A stretch of 64,000 nucleotides of DNA from an uncultured Bacteriovoracaceae bacterium (GTDB taxonomy: Bacteria > Bdellovibrionota > UBA2394): assembly GCA_964655245.1 (NCBI GenBank), contig CAZZLQ010000003.1:1887-65886 (forward strand), given 5' to 3'. This document shows positions 1 through 10,612 of this stretch, in pieces. A model generated the notes under the pieces. It was not told the DNA's origin, did no database searches, and saw only the letters and a list, made by a program, of their open reading frames with translations. The translations under genes and the position numbers were made by a program. Positions within the stretch are counted from its first letter, which is position 1. Each line of letters starts with the position of its first letter.

Positions 1-70
1 AGATACGCACGATGAGACGCCTCAGGAATCTGAAACGCAGCAAAGACTCCGCATTTTTCTTTGAGCTCTC

Positions 71-2323
71 TCATGAAAAGCAAGCTCTCCACGACTGTCG
101 GAGCTCATTCACATCTCCCGCCAACAGCGGCTTCATCTGGAATCGACCATCGCCCGAAACACTCCCCAATCGCTTAGCCTGAACCTTTGTATCCATCGAA
201 AGACGAATCAGCTCCGCTCGGCGCTGCGGTCGAATCTCAACAATCACACGCCCCTGTGATTCGCCAAACAACAAGGCATCTCGTCGCTGCTGAGCCTTCA
301 GAAAATCTCCATCAAAACCAATCGCGGCATTCGAACCAAAACAGGCTTTGGCCAAGCTCACCGCCAAGCCTCCCTCGGAAATATCGCGACAGCTTAAAAA
401 CAATCCCTCTTTATGAGCCCGCAACAGTGCGTCTTGCAAGATCTTCTCCGCCCGCAAATCATACGGCGGCAACTGATCGAATCCGACTCCCACCACTCGT
501 GAATACAAACTACCAAGCGGTTGATCCTCCGATCTTCCCAGGGAATCGAGCATCCACACTTCCGATCCCACTTCCTGGAAATGCGAGGGAATTGCTCGGC
601 GCACATCGTCCATTGCTCCCACCATCACATAAAAAATCGTCGGATCGATATTTACTTTGCGATCATCCTCGGACGTCTGATTGTACAAAGAGACATTTCC
701 GGACACACAAGGCGTATCAAAAATTTCAATCGCCGCATTCATTCCCTGAACCGCTCGATCTAATGCACCGAGAGTTTCCGGCTCATGCGGATTCCCGAGA
801 TTCACACCGTCCGTAAATGCCAAGGCCTTGGCACCCACACACGCCAATGATCGAACCCCCTGCGCAAGAGCCATCTCAGCTCCTGCTCGAGGATCAATCA
901 GATTCCATGCTTCATGGCTTACACCCTTGAACGCAATTCCTCGATGCGGCTGATCGGATGAGGGCGTCCACACAACAGCCGCCTCATGCCCTGGGCCCAA
1001 AACAGTCGCAGCTCCCACTGTCGAGTCATAGCGCTCAAAAATCGTTTCTTTGCTCGCAACCGAAGGCTGCTTGAGCAGATATGTCAGCGCTCCCCACTCA
1101 TCTTGAATCTCGGGGAACTGAAACTGTGTTCGACGAGTAGGCAATTCCCACTCCGGCTCCGGCAAGTCCGCGTCCGGCGGATCCTGGACGTCCGCGACGG
1201 GGAGATCCACCAACTTCTCGCCTTTGAAGGTCATCTCGAGATTGCCGCCCTCTGTGGTCTCACCAATCACAACCGCCTCGCAACCCCATCGATGCATGAC
1301 TTCTTCAAACTTTTTCTCAGAGCCTTTCTTCACAATCGCAAGCATTCGTTCTTGAGACTCAGAAAGTAAGAGCTCGTAAGCCTCCATCCCAGGCTCGCGC
1401 GTTGGAACCAGGTCCAGCTCGACCTTCATGCCGACTTTGGATTTGTACGAAATCTCCATCGTTGAACACGTTAACCCAGCGGCCCCCATGTCCTGAATGG
1501 CCATCAGATCTTGCGGGTACAAGCGCATGACTTCAAGGCAAGCATCCATCAGACACTTTTCTTTGAAGGGATCGCCCACTTGCACTCGCACTTTTTGACC
1601 ATCAGCTTTGTTTTCTTCACTAAAATCCGCAGAGGCCAGAAGTGATGCGCCGTGAATTCCATCGCGACCTGTTTTGGCTCCCCAGACCATCACCGATTGC
1701 CCCGGTGAGGCTGTCGCTGAACGATAAATCTTATCTTTCTCTACCACTCCCGCTGCAAACACATTCACGAGAATGTTGGAGTTATAACAAGGTGACATTT
1801 TCACCTGACCCGCGACGGTCGGCACACCCACACAATTTCCGTAGTGAGCGATTCCAGAAACAACTCCCTCAAGCAGAAAGTCTTGGCGCGCAGCGGTCTT
1901 TTGTCCAAATCGCAGATAATTGCCAAGTGCAACGGGCTGAGCACCCATCGTAAAAATATCGCGCAAAATTCCACCCACTCCTGTGGCAGCTCCCTGAAAG
2001 GGCTCAACGAAACTGGGATGATTGTGACTTTCCACTTTGAACGCTACTGCGCGCTTTTCATCCAAAGAAACAAGGCCAGCGTTTTCACCGGGGCCCTGCA
2101 AAACATGAGAACCCTTGGTGATGATTTTTTTGAGAAAGCGTTTGGTGCTCTTGTAACTGCAGTGCTCCGACCACATGACACCAATCATCTGAAGCTCTGT
2201 TTCGGACGGCTCACGCTTGAGCGTCGAAACAAGATGCTCATACTCCCTGGAACTGAGGCCCACAAGCGATGCCAATTTCTCTATTCGCTCACTCATTTCA
2301 AATTCTCCACGGCATTTTTCCAC
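71..2323 (-). CDS. purL: phosphoribosylformylglycinamidine synthase subunit PurL (FGAM synthase II)
   Basis: 750 aa; AIR-synthase-related fold motifs (SEHCSYKS, GVGGILRD, DCLEVMR) typical of PurL; overlaps purQ in a purC-purS-purQ-purL operon arrangement. Confidence 0.9.
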   Translation of the reverse strand: MEKCRGEFEMSERIEKLASLVGLSSREYEHLVSTLKREPSETELQMIGVMWSEHCSYKSTKRFLKKIITKGSHVLQGPGENAGLVSLDEKRAVAFKVESHNHPSFVEPFQGAATGVGGILRDIFTMGAQPVALGNYLRFGQKTAARQDFLLEGVVSGIAHYGNCVGVPTVAGQVKMSPCYNSNILVNVFAAGVVEKDKIYRSATASPGQSVMVWGAKTGRDGIHGASLLASADFSEENKADGQKVRVQVGDPFKEKCLMDACLEVMRLYPQDLMAIQDMGAAGLTCSTMEISYKSKVGMKVELDLVPTREPGMEAYELLLSESQERMLAIVKKGSEKKFEEVMHRWGCEAVVIGETTEGGNLEMTFKGEKLVDLPVADVQDPPDADLPEPEWELPTRRTQFQFPEIQDEWGALTYLLKQPSVASKETIFERYDSTVGAATVLGPGHEAAVVWTPSSDQPHRGIAFKGVSHEAWNLIDPRAGAEMALAQGVRSLACVGAKALAFTDGVNLGNPHEPETLGALDRAVQGMNAAIEIFDTPCVSGNVSLYNQTSEDDRKVNIDPTIFYVMVGAMDDVRRAIPSHFQEVGSEVWMLDSLGRSEDQPLGSLYSRVVGVGFDQLPPYDLRAEKILQDALLRAHKEGLFLSCRDISEGGLAVSLAKACFGSNAAIGFDGDFLKAQQRRDALLFGESQGRVIVEIRPQRRAELIRLSMDTKVQAKRLGSVSGDGRFQMKPLLAGDVNELRQSWRACFS

Positions 2324-2955
2324 AAGAGCTGACCATCCATGAGCTTTAAGTCTTCAAACGAAGCTCGCTCGGGATGCGGCATCATTCCCAAGATACTGCC
2401 CTTGCCATGCCTTCGATAAACCCCCGCAATGTTTTGATGTGAGCCGTTAATATCTTCCAAATACGTCAGCGCAGGCTTCACTTCCGACACATCAATCTTT
2501 TGAATTTGGTAATTTCCAAACTTGTGCGCGACGGGAAACTTCAAAATCTTGCCGTGGTCACGAGGACAAAACCAAGGAAACGCCTCGCCCCCCACTTTGA
2601 GCTCCACAACTCGTGAAACAAACTTTAAATGAGAGTTCACCGTCAAATAACCTGGAAGAAGTCGGGCTTCCAACAAAATCTGAAAGCCATTGCACAAACC
2701 CAAACAGTGAGCACCGGCCTCAATAGCATCTGACAACCCCATGATGGCTGGACTTTGTTTGGCAATAGCTCCCGCTCGAAGATAATCTCCGAAACTAAAT
2801 CCACCCGGGATGACAATAAGATCATATTGGCCAACCTTGAGTTCATCCTCATGCCAATGAAAGCTCGCAGAAATTCCATTTTGATTTTGCAGGGCGCGCA
2901 GAGTGTCTTGATCACAATTGGAGCCAGGAAATCGGATGACTCCGGCGCGAATCAC
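2293..2955 (-). CDS. purQ: phosphoribosylformylglycinamidine synthase glutaminase subunit PurQ
   Basis: 220 aa; class I glutamine amidotransferase with 'RFPGSNCD' start and GLCNGFQ catalytic-Cys motif; 4-nt overlap with purS. Confidence 0.9.
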   Translation of the reverse strand: MIRAGVIRFPGSNCDQDTLRALQNQNGISASFHWHEDELKVGQYDLIVIPGGFSFGDYLRAGAIAKQSPAIMGLSDAIEAGAHCLGLCNGFQILLEARLLPGYLTVNSHLKFVSRVVELKVGGEAFPWFCPRDHGKILKFPVAHKFGNYQIQKIDVSEVKPALTYLEDINGSHQNIAGVYRRHGKGSILGMMPHPERASFEDLKLMDGQLLWKNAVENLK

Positions 2956-3203
2956 TTGAGAACCTCGACTTCGTAATTTTCCATCACGACATTGGCGAGA
3001 AGCTTCTGCGCCATTTCTCGTCCTAAGCTTACCGCTTGAGCCTCAGACTCAGCCGTCAGCGTCACCAAAAAAAGTTTTTGGACATGAACAGACTCCAGAG
3101 TCTTAAAGTTGAGTCGCTTGAGGGAACTCCCAATCGCTTCGGCTTGAGGATCCAAAATTCCTTCTTTAAATCCGACACGAATGCGCAGCTGAAATTTCAT
3201 CAT
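2952..3203 (-). CDS. purS: phosphoribosylformylglycinamidine synthase subunit PurS
   Basis: 83 aa small protein between purC and purQ, conserved operon position; PurS-like sequence. Confidence 0.8.
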   Translation of the reverse strand: MMKFQLRIRVGFKEGILDPQAEAIGSSLKRLNFKTLESVHVQKLFLVTLTAESEAQAVSLGREMAQKLLANVVMENYEVEVLK

Positions 3204-3931
3204 ACGGCCAACCTCTTTTCCAAACGAGCCAGGACCTCACGGTATCCACTCATGAGGTCTCCCAAATCAAAGCGAAAACGATCTTTATCGAATTTCTCCA
3301 GGGTTTTTTTGTCCCAGAGCCTGGAGGTGTCTGGAGAAAACTCATCTGCCAACAGGACTTTGCCCTCAGCGTCCTTTCCAAACTCCAACTTGAAATCCAC
3401 CAAGATCAAACCCAGCTCATCAAACAGCGGAGATAAAACATCATTCACTCGCAGTGCTTGGCGACGACACTCCGTCAAATCCTGAGCATGAACTCCATAG
3501 AAAGAAACCAATAAATCCTCGGAAACCTGAGGATCTCCTTTTTGATCGTTCTTCAGATACCATTCCACAAGAGGAGGATTCAGAGGTGCACCTTCGGGTT
3601 CTCCCAAACGACGCGCCAAAGATCCCGCCATTCGATTTCGAACCACCACTTCCACCGGAAGCATGCTTAGCTGTTTGGTCTCAAAGGAGCGATCATCAAC
3701 GCTTCGAACAAAGTGAGTCGGCACCCCGTTTTGGGTGAGATAGCGAAAAACCAACGTGCTCATTTTGATGTTGATGGCGCCTTTGCCCTCAAACTCGGCT
3801 TTCTTTTGGGCATTAAAAGCGGTGGCAGAATCCTTGAAATAATGGATAAGCGTCCCCCCTGGGGCTTTAAACACGATTTTAGCCTTACCTTCGTAGAGCT
3901 TTTGACCGTAATCCTTGGAGGGGGCCGTCAC
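3200..3931 (-). CDS. purC: phosphoribosylaminoimidazole-succinocarboxamide synthase (SAICAR synthetase)
   Basis: 243 aa; SAICAR synthetase length and motifs (LYEGKAK, PLVEWY); first gene of pur cluster. Confidence 0.9.
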   Translation of the reverse strand: MTAPSKDYGQKLYEGKAKIVFKAPGGTLIHYFKDSATAFNAQKKAEFEGKGAINIKMSTLVFRYLTQNGVPTHFVRSVDDRSFETKQLSMLPVEVVVRNRMAGSLARRLGEPEGAPLNPPLVEWYLKNDQKGDPQVSEDLLVSFYGVHAQDLTECRRQALRVNDVLSPLFDELGLILVDFKLEFGKDAEGKVLLADEFSPDTSRLWDKKTLEKFDKDRFRFDLGDLMSGYREVLARLEKRLAV

Positions 3932-4022
3932 GACGCGATCACTATAGAAAATGCCCCCTACCTTGGCAACGATTCGAACTATGAATTGATCAGAAAATCA
4001 TGAGTCGTTAGCGTCGGGGCCT

Positions 4023-6461
4023 ATGAGGGAAGGACCCATGGAAAGCAGCAAGCCTGAAGACGCCAAAGAAGCCCAAAAGGAGGCTTCCACCGCTCATGAC
4101 ACCCCCATGATGAGACAGTGGTCTGAGCTCAAAAGTCAGGCTAGCTCCTCGCTATTGTTTTTTCGATTGGGAGATTTTTATGAGCTCTTCGGTGATGACG
4201 CCAAACAAGCAGCTCCTTTGATGAATGTAGTTTTGACATCACGAAACGCCAAAGATGCCAACGCGATTCCTCTGTGCGGAGTTCCACTGTCTCAGTTCGA
4301 ACACTATGTCAGCAAAGTTCTCGATGCGGGATGGAAAGTTGCGTTGGCTGAACAAACAGAAGAGCCGAAGCCCGGAAAATCTCTTGTTCGTCGAGAGATT
4401 GTTCAGTGGCTCACCCCTGGCATGAGATTTCTGCCTCACGAAGAACGTCCTCACTATATCGCAGCCCTTTCTATGCAGTCCGATCAGTGGGTGCTTGTGG
4501 CCGCTGATGTTGGCACAGGAGATTTGCGAGTTTTTCGAGGACATCAACTGAGTGAAGTCGTTGAGCTCATCGAACGATTGCCCATTGAAGATCTCAGAAC
4601 CTTTCAAAATCTTTCGGTGACTTTGCCCGTGAAAAATATCGAGACGATTCATCTGATCACCGCTGCCGAAGCAGAGGTTCAGACTCTCCAGGGATTGAAC
4701 CTTGTCACACTCGCTGATGCCCCTACCGAGTCCAAATTGGAACTCCAGATTCTAGGAAGCCTCCTGAAGGTCATTGCCGATGCTCACCCTCGTGAGCGGC
4801 TTCGCTTTCGTGCCATCGGAAGCGATGAATCCGCCGTCATGATGTCAGCGGCGACTCGAAAAAATCTCAATCTGTTTGAGCCTGCTGGCAAATCACTTTT
4901 TGATTTCATGAATCAAACAACAACGGCCTTTGGTCGTCGTGAGCTCAAACGTATTTTGGCGGAACCCACACAGAACAGAGACTTAATTTCTCATCGCCAG
5001 ACTCTGGTTCAGTTTTTTAAAACCAATTCGTTTATTCGGAAAAAATTTCGAGAGCGATTGAGATCGGCTCTAGATTTTCATCGCCTCCTGAGAGGTAAGC
5101 TTCTAGCCAAACAGATTTTTCGATTTCACGAGAGTCTCAAAGCCGCACTCGAAGCCATTCAGGTCTTGGGTGGTCAGCATCCAACTCTTGAGCGATCACT
5201 CGAAGCAGCCAAGAACCTTACTCCTTTGTCCGAGCGTTTGCAGTCGACTCTTCAGTGGTCTGATCAAGAGGATGCAGGATGGATTCAAAGCGGAGTGCTG
5301 AGCGATCTTGATGAACTTCGCGCGCTTCAAAAGAACGCAGGGACTGTTCTGGCACAGATTGAAGAAAGCATGCGCGCAGAAACCAAGATCTCAACACTCA
5401 AAGTGAAGTTTCATCAGGTCTTTGGTTATGTCTTTGAAGTTACGGCTACTCACAAAGATAAAGTTCCAGCCTCGGCCCGTCGAATTCAAACACTTGCCAA
5501 TGCCGAGCGCTTCAAAACAACTGAACTTCAAGCTGTTGAGGAAAAGCTCTTAAGCCTCGAGTCTCGAGTTCGTGAAGCTGAGAGTGCTGAGATCAAGCGA
5601 TTGGCTCAGCAAATCGAAGAACAAATCGGCGTGATTGAGAGTCTTGTCGATGTTCTGTCCGAACTTGATGCCGCTCAGAGCCTTGCCGAAATCAGTGCAA
5701 CCCACGGCTGGACCACACCCGTCACATCAAATAGCGCACAAAGCATCTTTGATCTGAAGGACGGCGTTCATCCCCTCACTCATCCGTTTGTTCCTTTGAG
5801 CTTTGTTTTGGATTCTCACAAGCAATCTTTGATTTTGCTTACCGGCCCCAATATGGCTGGAAAGAGCACACTCATGAGAGTGTCTGCCCTGTGTGCATTG
5901 CTGCATCAAATCGGCTCTGATGTGCCGGCTCAGAGTTTTGAAGCGAGCTTGTTTGATCGCATCATGTGTCGAATGGGTGCTCAAGATGACTTGGTTTCGG
6001 GACAAAGTACGTTCTTTGTCGAAATGAAAGAAGTCTCTCAAATGATTCAAGGAGCCAGCGCTAAGAGCTTTTTGCTGTTTGATGAGATTGGCCGGGGAAC
6101 TTCGACCTTTGATGGGATGGCACTCGCGTGGGCGATCACGGAAGCTGTTCATGATCTTCGATCTCTGGGAATCATTGCCACTCACTATCTTGAAATGGCT
6201 GCACTCGAAGATCAGTGCGCTCGCTTGAAGGCTTATCACTTGGGGGTTGAGGAATCGAAAGGGCAACTTCTCTTCACCCGACGATTGCAATCGGGTCCAG
6301 CCTCAAGAAGTTATGGAATTCAAGTCGCTCGACTTGCGCAGCTACCAGAGGGAATTTTGCGGCGAGCTCAGGAGCGACTTCAAAGTCTTGAAGAAGCGCC
6401 CAAGGCAAAGTCAAAACAACTAAAGCTTTTTCAATTTCCCTCTCCATCTGATCAGAGTTGA
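4023..6461 (+). CDS. mutS: DNA mismatch repair protein MutS
   Basis: 812 aa; N-terminal 'TPMMRQW' mismatch-binding motif, Walker A 'GPNMAGKST', 'DEIGRGTSTFDG' motif. Confidence 0.9.
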   Translation: MREGPMESSKPEDAKEAQKEASTAHDTPMMRQWSELKSQASSSLLFFRLGDFYELFGDDAKQAAPLMNVVLTSRNAKDANAIPLCGVPLSQFEHYVSKVLDAGWKVALAEQTEEPKPGKSLVRREIVQWLTPGMRFLPHEERPHYIAALSMQSDQWVLVAADVGTGDLRVFRGHQLSEVVELIERLPIEDLRTFQNLSVTLPVKNIETIHLITAAEAEVQTLQGLNLVTLADAPTESKLELQILGSLLKVIADAHPRERLRFRAIGSDESAVMMSAATRKNLNLFEPAGKSLFDFMNQTTTAFGRRELKRILAEPTQNRDLISHRQTLVQFFKTNSFIRKKFRERLRSALDFHRLLRGKLLAKQIFRFHESLKAALEAIQVLGGQHPTLERSLEAAKNLTPLSERLQSTLQWSDQEDAGWIQSGVLSDLDELRALQKNAGTVLAQIEESMRAETKISTLKVKFHQVFGYVFEVTATHKDKVPASARRIQTLANAERFKTTELQAVEEKLLSLESRVREAESAEIKRLAQQIEEQIGVIESLVDVLSELDAAQSLAEISATHGWTTPVTSNSAQSIFDLKDGVHPLTHPFVPLSFVLDSHKQSLILLTGPNMAGKSTLMRVSALCALLHQIGSDVPAQSFEASLFDRIMCRMGAQDDLVSGQSTFFVEMKEVSQMIQGASAKSFLLFDEIGRGTSTFDGMALAWAITEAVHDLRSLGIIATHYLEMAALEDQCARLKAYHLGVEESKGQLLFTRRLQSGPASRSYGIQVARLAQLPEGILRRAQERLQSLEEAPKAKSKQLKLFQFPSPSDQS

Positions 6462-6862
6462 ATATGAGTCAGGCCATTGGACGATGTTACGACCTTCAAA
6501 GCCTCTTTCAGCGACTCAACAAACTTTATTTTGATAGCAGTCTTGAGCTGGAAGTCCGCTGGTCTCAGCGCGAAGTTCCTCGTGCCACCCGCAAAGTGAT
6601 CCTGGGCCGATTTATGCCCAAGGATAAACTCATCGTTCTTTCTCGCCGTCTGGATAATCCCCGGGTGCCACTTTACTTTGTGGAGCATGTGCTTTTTCAC
6701 GAGATGCTTCACGCCGTCTTTCCGCGAGACGATCATCGTATGCATACGGAATCATTTAGAAAATTTGAACGGATGCACCCTGATTACGAGCGAGCCCTTG
6801 AATGGGAAAAGAGCTCTATCAAAGTTCTTTTTGAAAAGTCTCAGACCAGCTTGCCGCTGTGA
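6458..6862 (+). CDS. SprT-like / DUF45-type zinc metallopeptidase-like protein
   Basis: 134 aa with HEMLH (HExxH) motif in SprT-like context; overlaps mutS stop by 4 nt. Confidence 0.45.
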   Translation: MNMSQAIGRCYDLQSLFQRLNKLYFDSSLELEVRWSQREVPRATRKVILGRFMPKDKLIVLSRRLDNPRVPLYFVEHVLFHEMLHAVFPRDDHRMHTESFRKFERMHPDYERALEWEKSSIKVLFEKSQTSLPL

Positions 6863-6865
6863 AGA

Positions 6866-7066
6866 CTAAGAGTGTTTTTCGTCGTCTTTTTTGGCTTCGT
6901 CTTTTTTGGGAGTCACATCGATCGCATCAGGCTCTTTCATCGCTTTCTTGAAATTGCGAATGCCTTGTCCAATGCCTGCGCCGAGCTGAGGCAACTTCGA
7001 AGCACCAAAAAGTAAAAACAAAATTCCAGCCAAAATGATAAGTTCCGTAGTACCTAATCCAAACAT
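6866..7066 (-). CDS. tatA: twin-arginine translocase subunit TatA/E
   Basis: 66 aa; N-terminal TM helix 'FGLGTTELIILAGILFLLFG' followed by amphipathic helix and charged tail; classic TatA. Confidence 0.8.
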   Translation of the reverse strand: MFGLGTTELIILAGILFLLFGASKLPQLGAGIGQGIRNFKKAMKEPDAIDVTPKKDEAKKDDEKHS

Positions 7067-7205
7067 CGCTAATCCTCTGTCAATCTCTCCAGTTTTTTGC
7101 CTCTGAGATTATTCTCTCACATCACCCTATTTCGAACCAGACTTGACGCGCCAAGTCATCGAAATTTCTCAATTAAATGAGGGATTTTCGGTAGACTGAC
7201 TTTGC

Positions 7206-9707
7206 ATGCAGTCTAGCATCAAAGCGGAGCGAGGGGCGAAACCCTTAGGGGCTATTATTTTAATCGTTGTCGGTCTCTACACTCTTTTGAGTCTGGTGAC
7301 TTATTCCGAAAGTGATCCTTCATGGAACTTCTCAAGTTCTGATGTCGACAAGATTCACAATTGGGGAGGACTCGTTGGAAGCTGGTTTGCCGACTCACTT
7401 CTACAGATCTTTGGAGTCGTGGCCTATCTTCTGACCTTCGGCGCAATCTTGGCTGGAGTGCAACTACTCAGATCAAAAACGATTTTGATTTCTGAACTTG
7501 CTCGCAAAAATCAAAAGCCCCACTGGGCGATTCCAACAGCGATTGCCATCATGGCGCTTTGTCTCTCAGGCCTGCTTTCCATGATTCCCGTTGAAATCTA
7601 TCACGAGCTCTCTCTTGGTGGAGTCCTGGGATTTTTGCTCGCAAAAGCTTCTGTGTGGGCTTTCAGCTCTGTGGGTGCCGTGATTATTTTGATGGGAGCT
7701 CTCTGGGCAGGGCTCTTTCTTCTAACGGATCGAATTTGGGTCGATCAAATTCTCAAACTCCCCATGGGTGAGTGGATGAACAGCCTCAAGGCAAGCATCG
7801 CAGAGTGGAGAGGCGAAACCCTCGACGCTCTCAAGTCCATCAAGTCTCTCAAAAAAGCAGGACCACAGGTTCATCAGATCAAAGTGGATGCAGCAAAGTC
7901 CGTCGCACCTGCACCCAAATCTTCTGAGGGCGCACCTCTTCAGAAAAAACTCGAGGATCTTTTTAAAAAGCGATCAGAGGAGAGGCCTGCTCATTCGGTT
8001 GATTCCAAGACAGGTGAAGTTTTAGAGACCAAGAGCCTGCGTGAAGAGCCTGTTGAGTTTGAAGCCAAGGCTCCTTCGCGAAATGAGCCCAAGGTTGTTG
8101 TGCCTCGTGAAGTTCCACACAAAAAACGAGCGACCGAGAAGCGAGAGATTGGAAAGTTTGAACTGCCATCGTTGCAGCTTTTGGATCTACCTCAAGAAAC
8201 CGGATTTGAAATCTCCAAGGAAGAGCTCATTGCCAACTCACGAGCGCTCGAACAAAAGCTTTTGGACTTCGGAGTTCAAGGTCATGTGTCAAACATTCGA
8301 CCGGGTCCAATCATTACGCTCTATGAGTTTGAGCCGGCGGCCGGGGTCAAAGTGAAGAACATCCTGAATCTCACCGATGATTTGAAGTTGGCCATGAAGT
8401 CGACCTCGATTCGTATCTTGGCTCCGATTCCTGGAAAAGCCGCTGTTGGAATTGAGATTCCCAATCCGCGTCGACAGCCTGTTTACTTACGAGAGATTCT
8501 CCAGTCGGCATTGTTTCAAAACTCTCAAAGCCCTCTCATCATGGGGATGGGAAAGAGTACATCGGGTGAGCCCTATGTGGCTGATCTTGCCAAGATGCCT
8601 CACCTTCTCATTGCGGGAGCCACGGGGTCTGGAAAGTCCGTCGGGCTCAATGCCATGATTGTAAGCATGCTTTTTAAAACAGCACCTGAGGATCTCAAGT
8701 TCATCATGATTGATCCCAAGATGCTTGAACTTTCGGTCTATGACGGAATTCCCCACCTGCTGTTGCCTGTGGTGACGGATCCCAAAAAGGCTGCTCGTGC
8801 TCTGGCCTGGGCCGTCAAAGAGATGGAGCGTCGATACAAACTCATCTCAAGTTTGGGCGCTCGAAATCTCAAGTCCTACAATGACAAAGTTGAAAAGCTT
8901 TCAGCCGAGGAACTTCGACAAGAACTGCAACGAGCCGCTGAATCCGAAGCAACCACATCCGCGATCTTCCAAGATGCCGAGGAAGAAGCACAGAAGGCAT
9001 TACAAGATGCCGCTCTTCAGGAGGCTGGCCTTGATCACTATGTGAAGCTACCCAACATCGTCGTTGTTATTGATGAGTTGGCAGACTTGATCATGGTTGC
9101 TGCACGTGAAGTGGAAGAAAGCATCGCACGACTCGCTCAAATGGCTCGTGCCGCAGGCATTCATTTGATGATTGCGACTCAACGACCGTCTGTCGATGTC
9201 ATCACGGGAGTAATCAAAGCAAATCTTCCGACACGCTGTGCGTTCCAAGTCGCTTCCAAAGTGGATTCTCGAACGATCATTGACTCGATCGGAGCTGAGA
9301 ACTTGATTGGCGAGGGAGATATGCTCTTCCTTCCTCCAGGAACCAGTCGATTGGAGAGATTACATGGTCCCTTTATCTCCGAGGATGAAATCGCTCGAGT
9401 CGTCCGCCATCTCAAGAGTCAGGCGGCTGCTGACTATAGCACTGACATCAATCTCGAAGATCCCGAAGCTCGGGACTTGGATGACGGAATGGACGGAGAC
9501 ATCGACGATGAGCTTTATGATCAGGCTCTTTCCGTGGTCTTTGAAACCAAAGCACCATCAGCCAGCATGCTTCAGAGACGGCTTCGTATTGGATACAATC
9601 GAGCCGCTCGTTTGATTGAGAGAATGGAGCGAGAAGGAATTGTTTCAGCTCCTCAGGCTGGCGGTAAAGGTCGAGAGCTCCTGGTTACGCCAAGCTACGA
9701 ATCCTAA
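7206..9707 (+). CDS. ftsK: DNA translocase FtsK
   Basis: 833 aa; N-terminal 4-TM region, Pro/charged linker, Walker A 'GATGSGKS' in a C-terminal motor domain and a C-terminal winged-helix (gamma) domain, the FtsK/SpoIIIE architecture. Confidence 0.9.
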   Translation: MQSSIKAERGAKPLGAIILIVVGLYTLLSLVTYSESDPSWNFSSSDVDKIHNWGGLVGSWFADSLLQIFGVVAYLLTFGAILAGVQLLRSKTILISELARKNQKPHWAIPTAIAIMALCLSGLLSMIPVEIYHELSLGGVLGFLLAKASVWAFSSVGAVIILMGALWAGLFLLTDRIWVDQILKLPMGEWMNSLKASIAEWRGETLDALKSIKSLKKAGPQVHQIKVDAAKSVAPAPKSSEGAPLQKKLEDLFKKRSEERPAHSVDSKTGEVLETKSLREEPVEFEAKAPSRNEPKVVVPREVPHKKRATEKREIGKFELPSLQLLDLPQETGFEISKEELIANSRALEQKLLDFGVQGHVSNIRPGPIITLYEFEPAAGVKVKNILNLTDDLKLAMKSTSIRILAPIPGKAAVGIEIPNPRRQPVYLREILQSALFQNSQSPLIMGMGKSTSGEPYVADLAKMPHLLIAGATGSGKSVGLNAMIVSMLFKTAPEDLKFIMIDPKMLELSVYDGIPHLLLPVVTDPKKAARALAWAVKEMERRYKLISSLGARNLKSYNDKVEKLSAEELRQELQRAAESEATTSAIFQDAEEEAQKALQDAALQEAGLDHYVKLPNIVVVIDELADLIMVAAREVEESIARLAQMARAAGIHLMIATQRPSVDVITGVIKANLPTRCAFQVASKVDSRTIIDSIGAENLIGEGDMLFLPPGTSRLERLHGPFISEDEIARVVRHLKSQAAADYSTDINLEDPEARDLDDGMDGDIDDELYDQALSVVFETKAPSASMLQRRLRIGYNRAARLIERMEREGIVSAPQAGGKGRELLVTPSYES

Positions 9708-10612
9708 AGATGGAATCGGATACCAAGTGCCACGATGAGTTGGGTTGGCCATCCGCCATTGGTGAAGTACTGACTCCAATTGCTTTGAGCGTTATATCCA
9801 AAGACAAAACTTTCGAACTCTGTGGCTAGAGTGAGCGCGAACTTAGGATACGCGTAGAAAAAAGTATCCGCGCCATATCTCACAACGAATCGACCTTCGT
9901 TGAATTTGGCGTTACTCGCTCGTCCGGCCCAGCCCATGGCTGCCATCGGAGCAATCTCGATTCGAATCGACTCTTCTGTTGTAAGTCGAAAGTACTGCTT
10001 ATAAGTCGCCATGAATCCTAGAATTTGATCGTCTCCATTACGATAGGCCAACAGAGCTCCAAACTCCTTGTCGGCTCGCCATCGGTAGTCCCCAATGAAA
10101 TCAAACGAGGCTTGATTGTTGCGTCGATTGACATTGAAAGCACCTCCCCCCGAAAAACCCAGAGAGATAGTTCCGACGGCCGTTGTCTGACTCGAAAGTT
10201 CTGACATGACGACTTCCTGACTTTTGGGTCCTGAAGGATTAGAAATCGCTGACGGGAACTCAAAGTTTTTCTTGGGAGTTAGCTCCGGAGTGGCCTCCTC
10301 AGGTGAAGGAATCAAGGCTGGCGCAGGCGTTGGAAGGCTGGGTGCCGAAGCAGGAGCTGGCTCTTCGGCTGGCTGCGCAAAAGGATCCGAAAACCGAGGC
10401 CGACTGGGAGAGCTTGAGGGTGCTGGTGACTGTGGTGCAGGCGATGGGCGCTGCTCAGTCGGTGGATTCGCGGAAGGCTCAAGAGGCTGAAGCTCCTCAA
10501 CGGGTTGTTCGCTCGCAAAGGGATCTGGTGGGGGCTCTAAGCTCTCGCTTTCCTGAGCCCAGAGATTTGAAAATTGAACAAAAAACAACAGACCAAAAGA
10601 TAAAAATCTCAT
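9704..10612 (-). CDS. hypothetical secreted/outer-membrane protein with Pro-rich N-terminal region
   Basis: 302 aa; signal peptide 'MRFLSFGLLFFVQFSNLWAQ', long Pro/Ser/Ala-rich low-complexity region, C-terminal beta-rich region. Confidence 0.4.
   Translation of the reverse strand: MRFLSFGLLFFVQFSNLWAQESESLEPPPDPFASEQPVEELQPLEPSANPPTEQRPSPAPQSPAPSSSPSRPRFSDPFAQPAEEPAPASAPSLPTPAPALIPSPEEATPELTPKKNFEFPSAISNPSGPKSQEVVMSELSSQTTAVGTISLGFSGGGAFNVNRRNNQASFDFIGDYRWRADKEFGALLAYRNGDDQILGFMATYKQYFRLTTEESIRIEIAPMAAMGWAGRASNAKFNEGRFVVRYGADTFFYAYPKFALTLATEFESFVFGYNAQSNWSQYFTNGGWPTQLIVALGIRFHL

Noticed and set aside
7067-7205. Possible tRNA or sRNA in the tatA/ftsK divergent intergenic region and other gaps (19550-19670, 50279-50328, 54727-54831)
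   Set aside because: No cloverleaf-compatible complementary arms or conserved tRNA boxes (GTTC..A / T-loop) were spotted by eye. A covariance-model scan would be needed to exclude them.
10224-10490. Gly/Ala-rich 88-aa ORF (plus strand), and several other 60-160 aa ORFs antisense to large genes (e.g. 53161-54027 'WRWWWRRW', 29461-29754, 38727-39293)
   Set aside because: These are mirror-image artefacts of Pro/Gly-rich or GC-rich coding on the opposite strand. They are fully contained in well-supported genes and have no RBS or conservation signal.
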